DNA from: Yuukianura sp. NJ FZ-2021
Lineage: Eukaryota
NCBI GenBank assembly: GCA_046563655.1
Contig: CM102285.1
Coordinates: 13,330,001-13,394,000, forward strand
Length of the DNA: 64,000 bases
Reading direction: 5' to 3'
The notes under the pieces were generated by a model. The model was given only the letters and a program-made list of their open reading frames with translations. It ran no database searches and was not told where the DNA came from. A program made the position numbers and the translations under genes. Below, piece after piece: positions 14,906 to 28,100 of the stretch. Each line of letters begins with the position of its first letter. Position 1 is the first letter of the stretch.

Positions 14906-17900
14906 ACTACAGAATGAGGAATGTTATGGCATGAGAGTTTGAGTGCGTATTTGAAACACAGGGAAAGCGGGAGGGTGAAAGGAGAGGGATGAAGGTTTGG
15001 TTGGCGTGTGTTTCGTAACTGAAAGGCGACTGGTGCGAAATCTAGAGGATCCGACTCTCACTGTTCTAAAACTTGAGTCGCTACTTTTTTGGCTCAACTT
15101 TCTCCTGCTTTGAGGAAACAAGGAACAAGAATTTGGCGAAAGTGTACAATCTAGAGTAAATTTCAAAATTTGAAGTTAAGCAAGACTAACCAAGTTGGGT
15201 TTTTAAATAATGTTCGATTTAGATTATGTGATTGAATTCATGTTAATTGAATTCATCTATTGTTTGCGTTTTACATTACACTGCAAACACATTAAAAATG
15301 CGTTTACAGAAATACTTCCAAACCCTTCCAAACCTAAATTTTTAAAATTATTTTTTGGATTGGATTTTTTTTTCCAGTTCGCTAGGATATTCACAGGTTT
15401 TTAGACAAGTTTTTGGTTTGGTTGAAAGATTTTTTTTTGTTGAATATTTTGGTTTGTCCGAATTTCAAGTTTAAAATTACACATTGCTCAAATTATTTGT
15501 CTTGTTTTTGTGTTTGTTGGGGAATTGTGACAAGCGTAGAATTGTGAATTAATTGATGTTGACATTTTGAGAGTTTCAAGACATTTCAAAAATGGGTTTT
15601 TGGATATTAATTTTATGTTAATTGTTCTCTGTCAGAAAGATGCGTTCTCAACCTGAAATTTTTTTAAGTTGAAATTTTTGACGTTTGTGAGCCAAGGCTG
15701 TATATGGAGATAGAAGGAATGTAATTTTTTAAATACTAAGAGGGAAAAGTTAGTTTAGTGATTTTGGGATTGTTGTCGTAAAAGGAATTAACCTTGGAGA
15801 GAGAGGGGCAGAGAGAAGATGCGTTTTGTTTAATTATTCCAGGTGTTTCCTCATTACCATTTTTATAATCTCGGAGGAAGGTGAGAATGAACGACCAAGA
15901 TCTCAAGTACTTCAGGAAATATTTATATTCTATATATAATTTTATATATTTTATTATATAGCTTTCCAAATTATTGCATATAGGCTCTCTCTTAAGTCTC
16001 TCCTGCTGTGAGATCTTTTTTGAAGATTTTTAAGTCTTCTTGGTTTCTTGAAATTTTTCAATTACTTGACCATGTTCCCTCTCTCCTGCGTCTGTTTACC
16101 TTCTCCACCTTGAACATATTTTTTAAATGTTGGAAGAGCACTTGGAGAGGCCCTTAGAAACTTACCGTAAAGTTCCGAATAGTAGCCTAGTGTGAAAATT
16201 TTATTTTAGGGCTTGGTTGTGGTGTATGAAGATGGTGTGATTTTAGGAATGGAATAATTTTGGAGATTTAGGGTAAGGGGGGCTTAATGAATGGCATGAC
16301 AGTTTGAGCATGGTAATGAGGGAAGTGTCAGGTGAAGAGAGTGGGATGAGAGCCCTTAGAATTCTAATTAAGGACCCTGGCCCTTATTTAAATCCAAAGA
16401 CTCTCCTCTGGATCTTGGGTGGTTCAAGTGATAGGTGGAATTTGAGGCAGGTGATTAAATCTGGCCTCTTTCCAAAACGCATCTTCTCTTGGATTATTCT
16501 GGAGTCCAGGAACTTGTTTTTTCGTTTTCAAGTTGGCGGTCCAAGTGACACTTACGAACTTTAATTCTTGTGTCCAAATGTGGGCCCTTTAATTCCCTGT
16601 CCAAATGTGGCCATTGGTTTGATTTTCAAAGGGAATCATTTAAGGGCGAGGAGAATGTTTTTTGAAGTGGACAGAAGAAAACGCGCCCTTTGGATTCCAG
16701 TTTCTGTTGTCCACTTGCCTTGAGTTATGGATCCAGTTGCCAAATGGGAATTTAATTGTAGTCAAAGATGTAAGCTAAGTGCTCATTTCCATTACACGAG
16801 GAAAGAAAATTTCACAGTGACCAACATTTTGAAAAACAACAAACTGCTCTTTCCATATGCTGGACTTGAACCTGATCCTTCATGCGAAAATCGACAATTT
16901 CAATTTTCCTAACGCTAATTTGTTAAATTCTAAAATTTTAAATTTTTCCACACACTGGTACCGCTCAAAATCGTTTTTTGATTAGCTTTCGTAAAACGAA
17001 TTATGAATCTGAATATTGCTTCGGCAAATTTGTAGAACACTTACGGTAGTGTTACTCGTCTAGTTTTAATCCAAAAATTTGAGTTGTGTTTCATATCTCA
17101 ATTTTTTAGAATAATTTTTAGTTCAATTTGAGTTTGACAAAAATTATGATTTTTTTTCTCTTTTCAAAAACTTTGGTTGAGGCTCATTGCCAGTTATATT
17201 TTTTTTTTATGTTTTCTTGTGGAAGAATTGCTAGAACAAAACGTAGTGCTAAAAGTTGTGCCTGTGCCGCTACCTGTGCCTTTTTCCATGGAATGGAATG
17301 ATGGAAAAGTTAAGTTGTTTTACGTGGAAGAGGAGGTTTTATTTATTTTTTAGTTTTTCATAAACATTTAAAAATTTCTGCGAAATTAAAATTTGGCCAG
17401 CTTTTGGCAAAATGGGACAATTCTGACCTGTGCTTTGGTTTGTTTTTGGCTTGAATTTTTGTCTTGTGGCCATTGACTGCCGTTGGCCTATTCACCTGTT
17501 GCAGAGGGAAGGGAAAGTGAAAGTGGAATTGGACAGGTCATTCGATTACTTTCGATTTGTGGGATTCATTGAACAGGGAAGTGGTTCGAAGGAGGTTAGT
17601 GGACAGGGGAGACCAAAAGCAGTTGCAAACCTACGCACTTTACTATATGCTTTCACTGGGAAGAACAAGAGGAGGAGCAGCACTTTGCATTTTATTAGGG
17701 GATAAAGTAAGAGTAAAAGTAATTGCAATTGTTGACAAGTTCACACTCCAAGTCAGTAGCAATTTGGAACTAAAAAAGTTTTTCTTTTGGTGAATTCTTG
17801 AGTCCTGTTCTGATTCAAGAGATTAAGCAGAACTCGGCTGCCTCGTTTGGGTAGTTCTGTGCCTGAGTTTATGACCAAAATCCTTTGAGAAACTGGCAAA

Positions 17901-20263
17901 CTTCAACTTGTGCCTGAATTTTAATGATGCTGCAAACTGGCTATGAAAAACTTTGATCTTGCAAGGACTCGAACACGCGTCTCTGTGAACATAAAATAAA
18001 AAGAATTGTTGCGCCAATTCTTTTTTGTTCTGATCTCGGTACATAGACTCTTTAGACCAATTTTTGAAGAATAAAATAAGACTGAAAACGAACTTTGTGT
18101 TTGACTTGGCTCAGTTTTTTGAGTAAGTGTAAAATAGAACATAAAGTTTCAACTTACTCTTTGTATAAACTTACACTAAATTACTGGAGAATTCCTCATA
18201 GACGGCTTTTTCTCCGCAGAAAATTTTGCTAAAATTTTTTTGTCTTTTCGTAAGAATTTGTGCAGTTTTTTACAGTTGGCTGCACAGAATCAAAGCTAAG
18301 GGAAAGTCGCTTTCAAAATTTCTCGGATTTTTATTTCGAGGGACTTAACTTATGTTTTTCAGTTTTCCTGTTTTTTTTTAAATGTTTTACCTTTACGGTA
18401 AAAATGTTGAAGTGAAAGTTAGATGACGTTAGTTTCGGTGAATGAACGACTGATTGAAGGTGGAAAGTAACGCGGGGGTGGAATTTTTTAATGGAAATGG
18501 TGATATTTGTTGGAAAAGTTACGGTAAGAGAGAAAGTTGGTGGGTTGTGATTGGTTGAAAGTCGTTGGAATTGGTCCAGGGTCTCCTTGTATTGATTTTG
18601 TAGCTTGTTAGGGATGCTAAGTCTAAAAGGGTTTTCTAACGAAGAGACAGAAGGAGGAAAAGGCTCTTGAAAGGGAAATCAGTCTCGCACCTTCTACTTT
18701 CCCCTGCTTCTTTTGAAGAAAGTTGAAAGTGGAAGTGGAGTGAAAGTGCGCAAGTATTCCCTGTATGCCCAGGATTTAAATTGGAGAAAGGCAGAATGGA
18801 ACGGAGGGAGAGTGGGGACATGCAAATTCCAAACTTGTCTCTTTTCTTCGGCTAAGTAAAGAGATGAGGAGGAAAATGGAATTGATTCTTTTCTTTGCTC
18901 TCAGAAAAAAAAGTACTTTCTAGCCCGTAGTTTCTAGCACATACTGTGTAGTTTTTAACATGTACTATGTACTTTCTAGCATATTCTGTGCCTTCATGTA
19001 CATATGGAGAAAGCACAGTGTACCTACACCATTAGACTTTCTTTTTTTGAGTCTAATGGTAAAGGCTCGTACTTTTGCCACGTTCGTTTAGGTTAGGCTG
19101 TTATGTTATGTTAGGTTGGAGGGAGGATGGAGTCCCTTTGATGAAATATATTATAAACACACATGCGCCTCATTCCAATTTCCTTCTTTTTTTCGTTCTC
19201 CTTTGGCGGATTTAAGGAGAAAGGAAGATGAGGAGAAAATTTTAAAGAGCCCGGCGTTCTCCTTTCTCCCGCGGAATTTTTTCTCTTCTTCTAACTTTGA
19301 GAAGAGAAAAAAATGGTTTGAGGGGTTAATAAAAAATTGAGGAGGGATGGGATGATGTGTGTTGGTCATGGCCGTACGTAGTACTAACTGAAGATACTCT
19401 CGGAACAACCTCGCCTATCGATCTAATCAACCACCACCTCCCCCCACTTTCTCCCTCTTATTATATATTTTTCAAATTGAACTTTTTTTTTCACCAAGAG
19501 TGGTCCATACTTTCTCGGTTAAAACTGGGAGAAGCAGAGAGGGAAAGCTGCTTTCACTTGAGAAAAAACTGACCAAAGTGGAGTTGGAGTGTGATATATA
19601 CTAAGCTTCAGCTATGATCTTTCCCGCTTTTTCTTCTTCCTCATTTTAAAAAAGAACATTGTAATATAATACGGACTGGAGGAAAGAGAGGAGGGAGTCC
19701 GGACTTTTTTTTTTTTACTTTCGTCGAAAACTCACACTACACCATTATATTTAATCATATCGATTTTAGTAGACTACGGCAGGGAAAAAAGTTCCACTCT
19801 CTCTGATCAAAATCAGCTTCCTCTTTTCTAGCATCTTTTTTGACGCAGTTCTCCACTTTTTTTTTTACTTTCCCTCACTTCACATACTGGTGAAAAACTT
19901 AAGAATTCAGAGGGAGAGAAATTCAATGTAGTGAAAATGTAGAGTGTGGAGGAGGATGAAAGGCGCCATTTTTGGAGCTAATGACTTCCCAGGGTGAATT
20001 TGGGAAGAAGACAAATCGGATTTTAGAGCCAAAAAAATTGCTGGGAGAATGAAGCTTATTCGCAAAAAATGTGAGGAGTTCCTCCTACATTTTGACAGTT
20101 CTGCGCGGCAAACATTAAGAAATGTTGGATTTTTTGAATTTTTGAAAGAAGTGAAGAGTGAAAGAACTTTTGGAAATTAAAAATCAATTTTTTGGAGGCT
20201 GGGAGAAAGCAAATGAAGCTGAAAGAACGAACTTTTAGAAACAATTTTTTTTTGTGGTTTCAG

Positions 20264-20356
20264 GTGAAAGCGATCCTAAAATTGATTTGAATGGTGAAAC
20301 TAAACCAAAGCTCGTTTCTTCGTAACAGTTTTTTCAAAACCTAATTCTACAAAATG
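20264..20356 (+). other. Candidate 93-nt 5'-UTR exon of zfh2
   Basis: Bounded by a long T tract plus gtggtttcAG and a perfect donor caaaATG|GTAAGT. No transcript evidence. Confidence 0.55.
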
Positions 20357-22172
20357 GTAAGTGAAAATTTTTCGTTTCTGTAAACGTTGATTTAAGTTTT
20401 TAGCTTTTAAGTGTTTGGTGGGTCGGTGAAAGTTTGTCCAGGGCATTTGGGATTCTGATGGTGGTAATGGAGAGAGTTGTGGTGGGTTTTGTTAACCTCT
20501 TGACTGTATGTTGTTTGTGATGGAAGTGGAGACTCTCCCTGGACGTTTATCCTTCCTTTGAAGAGGAAAAGCGGATGATGACATGACCCGGGTACTTAAG
20601 CTTCCTCTTCACCCGGGTATCATCCCCCTCTTTCAGTAATTAAGGCAGCACAGAAAGGACACAAACACCCACAAGTAGGATTTTCTCAGGGTTTGAAGCA
20701 GTTCAAGCCCATCTTCAGTCTAGGGGCACAAAACAAACAACTTTCTCTTCTTAAATTCACACCCGATTTAGCGAAACAATTTCAAAGTTTAGCAAAAATT
20801 TTACGGGTTCGGACAATAATCTCGTATGCAATCGAAGGTTTGAATTTACGACTTTTCGTGACTGTAAAATTCAACGCCGTCTGACTTTATCTTGGAAGTT
20901 GGTTGCTCTTCTGATCTTTAGTTTTCAGTTAGCCTATCGCCAAAGTCGTCGGAAGTTGGAATTTTGAATTTTTAAACCGCATGTATCTTTTCTTTTTGGA
21001 AATTGGATGCTCATTCAATTCAATTATTTGATTTTTCAGTTTTCTCCAATATCAGGATTGCCGAAATTGTGAGTTTTTGAAACTGTTTGAATTTTTCTGG
21101 GAACTTTTGGATGCTCTTCCAAATTTTAGTTTTCAGTTGTCTTGCTCTCTCCTAGGTTTAATTGTAAGTTTGAATTTGGAAAATGTTTGCCGCTGGTCAT
21201 CTGCTTTTGTCCAGAGATGTTTTTAATTGTAGTCAGGAAGAGAGGGTTGGTTCTGGACATATAAATTAAGCCTCAGGAATTGAACTTAAGGGAGGGTGGA
21301 TGAGGTTGAAGGTTGATTTTATTAGCAGATCGCAGAAGGTGTGAAGTGAAGGCCTTGATCAAAGGGAGTTTAGACTTGAGGTTGAAGTGCACCTAGGTTG
21401 AATTTGGACTTGAAAGCGTTCCAAGTCCAGAAAAGCATCTTTTTAATCACCCTTCATGTACTTTTTAGGAGGGATTGAGCATAAAAGTGTTCCCCCTCCA
21501 GGCTAAGCAAGTGGGAAAATGTTAATTTGGAGAGAGAGAGAGTTAGAGGGCGAAGTGATCTTCGTGCAGTTCAACAGAGGAACACCTTTTGGGATTTATT
21601 AATCTGTAATTAAGCCTCATTCCCCATTCCCCTTCAGTACACTATAGTAGGGTTAAGGAAACAAATGTTATTCATGATCTCAATTCACCATCATCATAAT
21701 TACCACGAAACGATCATAAGATTGTGAATCTCGATCAGAGAGGAATCATAGAGCACAGTCAAGAGTTTCTAAGAGATCATCCCTTGCTCCCAGGGCATCA
21801 TTACCCAAAACGTAGGCTGTTATTAAAGGCGATCCAGAATTTTCGAACCCCGCCCAAAGCGGAACTTTACTGAAGAGAGGAATTCTTGAGATCATCTGCA
21901 TGTTTTCTGTTGTAAAAGGAATGTGAAAATTTTTGAAAATGAGAGACTCTCCCGGGCAATTAAATTTTCTGAAAGTGCGAGCGGAGGTTGTAGAACAAAG
22001 TCAGAATTTATTGAAGAACTGTTCTGACAGCTTCATGAATCTGATCAAGAAATTACCTTACCTCCAGGTGACGCTTGCGTCGAGACGATTTATGAAGCTC
22101 GTTAAGTTGAGCGACTGCGCTGTTTTCTTAATCGGAGCACTCCGTTAGATTATTTATGGTTCACAGATTTCA

Positions 22173-22428
22173 TTTCTGTTGGTCAAAGTTTCCTGTTGGG
22201 CCAAAATTGTCCGTTTCTGCCGTGTCAAAGTTTCCTGTTGGGGCGGAGTTCCTGTTGGGACAAAAATTGTCCTGTTAGCTCCGGATCAAACTTTCATGTC
22301 GTGTTAAAGTAAAGTTTCTTGTTGCGTTAGAGTTTCCTGTTGGGCTAAAATTACTGTTGGGTTAAAGTTTCCTGTTGGGCGAAAGTTCCTGTTGGATAAA
22401 ATTCTCCTGTTACTGTTGGTGTAAAGTT
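22173..22428. repeat. Degenerate minisatellite, unit about 17-21 bp, consensus AAAGTTTCCTGTTGGGY
   Basis: 11 CTGTT cores counted, most as AGTT(T)CCTGTTGG, plus a few more decayed units. Confidence 0.85.
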
Positions 22429-22459
22429 AAGGACTGGTGATTGGAGAGAATTTGTCGGG

Positions 22460-22472
22460 AGGTCAGAGGTCA
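22460..22472 (+). promoter_or_regulatory. Perfect DR1 nuclear-receptor element
   Basis: AGGTCA-G-AGGTCA. Confidence 0.5.
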
Positions 22473-25116
22473 AACTTTGAAAGAAGCACATGCGGCTGGG
22501 CTAAACGTTTAGGTGAGGCAGTTAATGCGCATGAGCAAGGAAGACGTTTGATCCGACCACCCTCAATTAGCACCCTGTGCAGGGCTCTGGAAAGTTTTTT
22601 TTGGCTTGAAGGGAGATGGAGTTGAACTGGGGCCCTTTGCGCCGGTTAATAACTAATCAATTTTTCATGTGTCGCTTGAAGGGACGGGTGGTGGAGAAAT
22701 GCCTTGTTTTGACTAGTGCGAGAATAAGGCTTCAAGGGACAAGGAAAAGTTGAAATGCAGGAGAGTCACTTCATTGTTTTAAGGTTTTAGTTAGGTTGAA
22801 CTGGTTAGGTTAAGCTTAAGTCCAAAGTTGGCCTAATCTGCTTATTTTTGAAGCCGAGGAGTCGATTAAGGGCTCACGGCTGAGGGACTTTGACTTGTTG
22901 GTTGATTGGAGAGAGAGTCCTGATCGTGCATTTAAAGAAGGAAGCTGGTTCTCATTATAAGGTAATGGATTTCCATTGTTCAAAGAAGTAAATTGATTTA
23001 TTTTAATTAGTAAACCTCTAACTTCTCCATTGTTCTTTTTCCAAAGTCGATTTTCAGAGTTGACAGATGGAATGAGGTTGAAGTGGACTGATTTCCGAGG
23101 TTGTTGTGTTGGAGTTGCGCAGAAGAGGATTTGGACGTGTCCTTAGCTGATTCGAATCAGGGTTAGAAAAGTAATGAATTGGAATTAAGAAGGGATAATA
23201 AGGAGGAATCCGACTGATGACAAAGGAAAAATCGAGAGAATTCGTATCTTCGTGGATCTCCAATGAGAGATGAGCAAAGGAAAGAAGACTTTTCGAATGT
23301 TCGAATCTTTGTTCAAATCTTTCAAATCCTGACGGAAGAGAGAATGACTTCAAAGTCTTAGACTCACGGAGTCAACAGACTCCAATTGGAACGATCAGAG
23401 GAGTTTTTATTACAAAAGGAAATATTATAATACATAAATCTACATAAGAATAGAACGAGAGAGGAGAGATATTTATAAGCGTAGGAGAGATATTTTTATG
23501 ATAATCAGGTAGATCCAGGAGGTGGAGAAGGAATATGGAAATGACGGAAGATGACAATAGGAAAGAACTTTGATTGAATTGGAAGATGAAGAAGAATGAC
23601 AATCTTCGTATGCTTGGTTCATATAATGTTAAGGGTAGGCTATAACTTTGTTTCTCAACGGCCAAGACAAAACGTCTTTCATGTTTGGTCACTTTTGGTC
23701 AAAATAGGAAACTTAAAGATGCGTATCTTCGGACTACGAGTCGTCAAATGTCACTCTTTTGTCATCGACTACATTTGGTCAGACGGGTGACTTGATGGGC
23801 CCTTGATTTCTGACACTTTGAGGGGCCGGAATTGGTCAAAAGCGTTTTAAACTTTGTAAGCAGTCGGTAGGTGTCGCTGGTGTGCTTAGGAGGGATGTTT
23901 CGGTGAACTTCCCAAATGCATTTTCACATCAAACATAGTACTTCAAAGATTCGAAATTTTTCATCTTTTTGCATCAACTAAAAATGACAGTTTTGTTAGG
24001 AAAAGTGAAAGCTGTAAAAGTTAAAAGCTGGATAAAAGTTTTCAAGAATTGGGATTAGGAAAATTTTACAAGGTTTAGTTATGGTAGCCGTGATGTGAGA
24101 TAAATTTGGCAATGGAGAATTTGAAATTGTGTTTGAATTTTAGTTTTTTTGTTGAAATTTGACATTTTCGGAGGAATTAGAGAATTGGCGTTAGGATTTG
24201 GAGATCCCCGAGAGTCTCACCCCCGCTTCGGATCGGTGGTTGGGTGTGTTAATGAATCTCCCCTTGACTCTCTGTGGACAGATTAGTCTCTGAGTTTCCA
24301 GGTTGTTGTATTGTTGGGTTGGCGTTAATCGACATCCACTTTACCTGAGCATCATCAGATTCCAAGTGCAGAGTCAGTCGTTTTTAGTTGGATTTGTGTC
24401 TGTTGTGTAGTAGTGAGGTGGTGGATCTTAAGCCAACCTTCGTCTAAACCTCCCCTTCCTCCCTCTTATTGTGTTCTTAATTACTGACCAGTAGACAACA
24501 AACGACGGAGGGCAAGAGCCCTCTTCCCCAATTCACAAACACGGACTTACAACCAGTTCAAATTCACTCCCTCCCTAGTATCACTTTGACTTTCACGAAG
24601 AACGTGCTTCCACGGTGCACCAAACGTCCACTCAGCTATTGTTTCCTTGGGGTCAGCGGATCTTGGACCAGGGAAAGCGAAAACGTGTCTTTCGATCAGA
24701 AAAGACGCTTGGGGAAAGCTAGAAGAAAGAAATTATTGTTAGAAGTTGAATTTGAATTTTGCATTTTGGAATTGAGAATTTTAGGCACCTGTAATCAACG
24801 TTTCGTACAAAAAAAGACAAGAAGTTTCGTAAAAGTTTTAGTTATCAAAGTTGTGCCAAAGTATCAACTTGTTCCTTGTGACTTCGAAATTTTGAGAAAC
24901 GGGAGACTTTTGGTTTTTTTTTCTAAAAGAATGGAAATTGCGGAATTCTGGATTAAGAATAACCGAAAGTGAGCAAGTGCAAGTGAAAGTCTGTGACTTG
25001 GAGAAATCCATTTTTAGCACGACGAATTATTTAGTTTGAAGAGAAAGCGCCAACTTTTCGTTTTTTTTGTTACACGATTGACGGAATCTCAAAAGCTTGG
25101 AGAAAGCGGAATCCGA

Positions 25117-25146
25117 TTTTTTGTGAAATTTTTTCTCCAGGTGAGT
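25117..25146 (+). other. Candidate recursive splice site (ratchet point)
   Basis: ttttttgtgaaattttttctccAG|GTGAGT: a strong 3' splice site directly abutting a consensus 5' splice site, inside a presumed long intron. Confidence 0.55.
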
Positions 25147-28100
25147 GCAACTTTTCAAAAAAATCAATCGATTATGACTCGAATACACAAAAAAAATCAA
25201 ATTCAGAAATAGTGTCAGAAGGTCACATTTTGGATTAGGTTTACATTAGGACTGGAATGAAGCAGTTAAGACTTTTCCGAATTTGGAAAAATTGGATGAG
25301 ATTTTTTCAAAATAGAATTTTTGTTTCTTGTATTCCGGTAAACCGGTGAATGAAAATGTCGTGATTCAATTTTTTGAAAATTCTGCAAAATCGTTGCGGT
25401 TTTTTTGTGTTCTGGGCGCCTTAATTTCATTTCCTGTTGTTTTTGTATGCTGTCATCTTCCAAGAACAAAAAGGCGGCGGCAGAAGTTTCTTTCTTAGTC
25501 AGCGCCACCAGAACACCAATTTTCTTGAGATTTTTAATAGCCGTCAATTTTCATTTTCGAAAGATCCGTCTGTGAAGGATTTTTTTGGAAGATGGAAGGC
25601 GAAAGGTTTTCAGCTGAAAAAAAGAATGTTGGAATTAAAATTTCATTTCCCTTTGCTAATTACTCGTTTCGTGAAATCCTCCTACAGCCTAACATAGCAT
25701 AGCGTATAGCGTCATCAAACCATAAGCAATTGTAATTATTATTTCCCCCAAAGTCTCGAAAATTACTTCTGTTCTTCTATGTTCTGGAGGGAACAATAAA
25801 CGCTTTAAAAATTAAATTTTGAAAAACTTTCGTCCCCCTAACATGTGTTGTTCGACAGGCAGGTGAGGAGTAAACAATAGGATCTGCACAGAACTCATGT
25901 TTTTAGTTCAGGAAAAGTTCTATACAACGCTAAAATTGAATTGGAGCGATCCTACCTGTAATTACTTCTGCAACTAAACTCCCAACTTTAAGTTAAATAA
26001 TTAACAAATGGAGAATTAATAGGCTTGCGACCTTGAAAGTCTTTTTTTCATAAAGTATTAAATTACGTCAAAACAGAATCTGAGTTTTTCATCAAAAATA
26101 ACTGAAAACAAGGTTAATTGTTACAAAAACTGTGGAGTTTTAAAGTTGGAAATGGAGAGAGGAAGTACTTAGCTTATCGTACGGTGATGTGAACTACTAA
26201 GAAAAATGAAAATAATTAGAACTTTTTGATTTTTATCAGGTTTTTTGAGAGGGTTTGTTCGCTTGTTTCAGTGAAAAAATTGAAGAGTTATGTTTTCTGT
26301 GTTAAGACTTTTCTGGTCTAATTTTTAGTTTGTGAACTTCGAATGTTAAATTTTGTAAAGTTTGGCTTGTATTTTAATTTGAAATGAAAAAAATTACGTT
26401 TTGGGTTTGAATTGAAGGAATTAAGATAATTGCTGGATTTTAATTTATATGAGTTTTTCATTCAATTAAAGTCGAAACGTAGTTAAATTACATTTTTTCT
26501 TGAAAATTTTGATTTTAAGTTGGTAATTTTCCTGAAATGAGGAAAAAATTAACTCTGACTTACTGAAACTTTGGAAGTTTCAATGGAAGCGGCGAGTTAC
26601 CTTGAAATTTTAAGGGCTAAGGGCTCTCTCTCCTGCTGTTCCCTTCAACCTGTTAATTGCTTTGGATACACCAAATCCTTGCGCTTTTCTAATTATAAAG
26701 GGACTCCCAAGGCCGTGTCAAAGGGCATTTTGGAACAGAGACTTAAAATGAATAGGTTTTTATGACGGTTGTGCTTTTTGTGAAACTGTTCTGGAAGTTG
26801 ACAAGGCCTGAGAACAATTGAACATTTTTGAAAAGCCTTTTTTCTGAAGTTTCTTAATAATCCCAAAGGAATACTACGTGAGACCAAAGGATAATTAAGA
26901 AGGACACTTTTAGAGTTTTTCTAATTTACAGGTAGGACACTTAAGGGTCCCCCTATTTCTGAGCAGAAACGGCATTTTTGGTGGACGGGAGAAGGGCCCT
27001 TAGAAGAGTCCTTGAAAGCACATGAGACATTAAGTATAGGAACCGGCGAGAACAAAAGTAAAAATTTTCTTTTGTTCCAATTTTTCTGGACAAGAAAATG
27101 AGCCCTGACCAAACCGGGATTATTTTTTCCTTTTGCACCGAAAAATCCATTTTTGAGATGAAAAACTTTTGAAATTATCCACTTTTGAAATTTTGAAAGG
27201 AACCGTTTTCTGTTTTTTGGGTGAAGTGTGTGTGTCCTTGAGTGACACCTTTGACAAAACGCATTTTTTGAGAGAAAAAGAGAAATGGGGGAAAGACAAA
27301 AGGAGATTTTGTGTGGGTCACTGAGGGGAGCAGGACCAGGTAGAATTTTGAAATACCCGGGAGAGTTCGATGGCCGAAAATCGGTGCCCTTCACCTGGAA
27401 ACCTGGATGTTTTGGGGTTATAGTAAGTCAGTCAGAGGGCTATGACCACTTTCGGCTTGGCACTTTCTCCGACCGCAGGAGGCGGGAAAAGGCCTTGGAC
27501 TTGTGCGATTTGTGTTCAACATGAAGAGTCGTGTAACTTTCTCTTTCTTTTTTTGGCTTCCGAAAGTTCCAATGTCAGTCAGTCACTCAAATCCATGTCA
27601 GAGCAGAGTCCGGCTAGCTTGGGAGTTGAACTCTTCCGAGAAAAAAAAACCGGGAGTTTAGTCAACAAAGTTTTTTGAAAAAAATAGAACGAAAAAAGTA
27701 TGGTCGTACTCTACTGTAGGTTTTTTTTGGAACTTGGAGCGATTGAACCCGGCAGACAGAGCGTCCCCCCATTCACAGAAGCTTCTTCTGCTTTGAAAAA
27801 AAAGTTTCTTGTTTTGTGTTAAGGCCTGGAGGCTGTAGTGCCTTTCGATGCTACTTGGTTTGGCTGGACTCCTCTGGGAAACTAAATCGGAGATACTTTA
27901 TCTTCTGCTGCCCTTTTTTATTGTTTGTACTTCTCAGTAGTTTTGTGTACCTTGGAAGTCATGTTCCGTTCGGACATGTCAACGGAAACTACTACGATGT
28001 CCTATGTGTTAACACAAGGAGCCCTCTTAACCCACGCAATCGTTTCAAGGTGTCGCTACAACAGTAAACAACTTACAGTTTTTTTCAGTAATCAAATCAA

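Noticed and set aside
21040..21068. Possible micro-exon (tttttcAG ... att|GTGAGT)
   Set aside because: Such site pairs arise easily in T-rich introns; no supporting evidence.
22173..22428. CRISPR-like repeat array
   Set aside because: Units are degenerate and adjacent with no unique spacers, there are no cas genes, and the context is eukaryotic.
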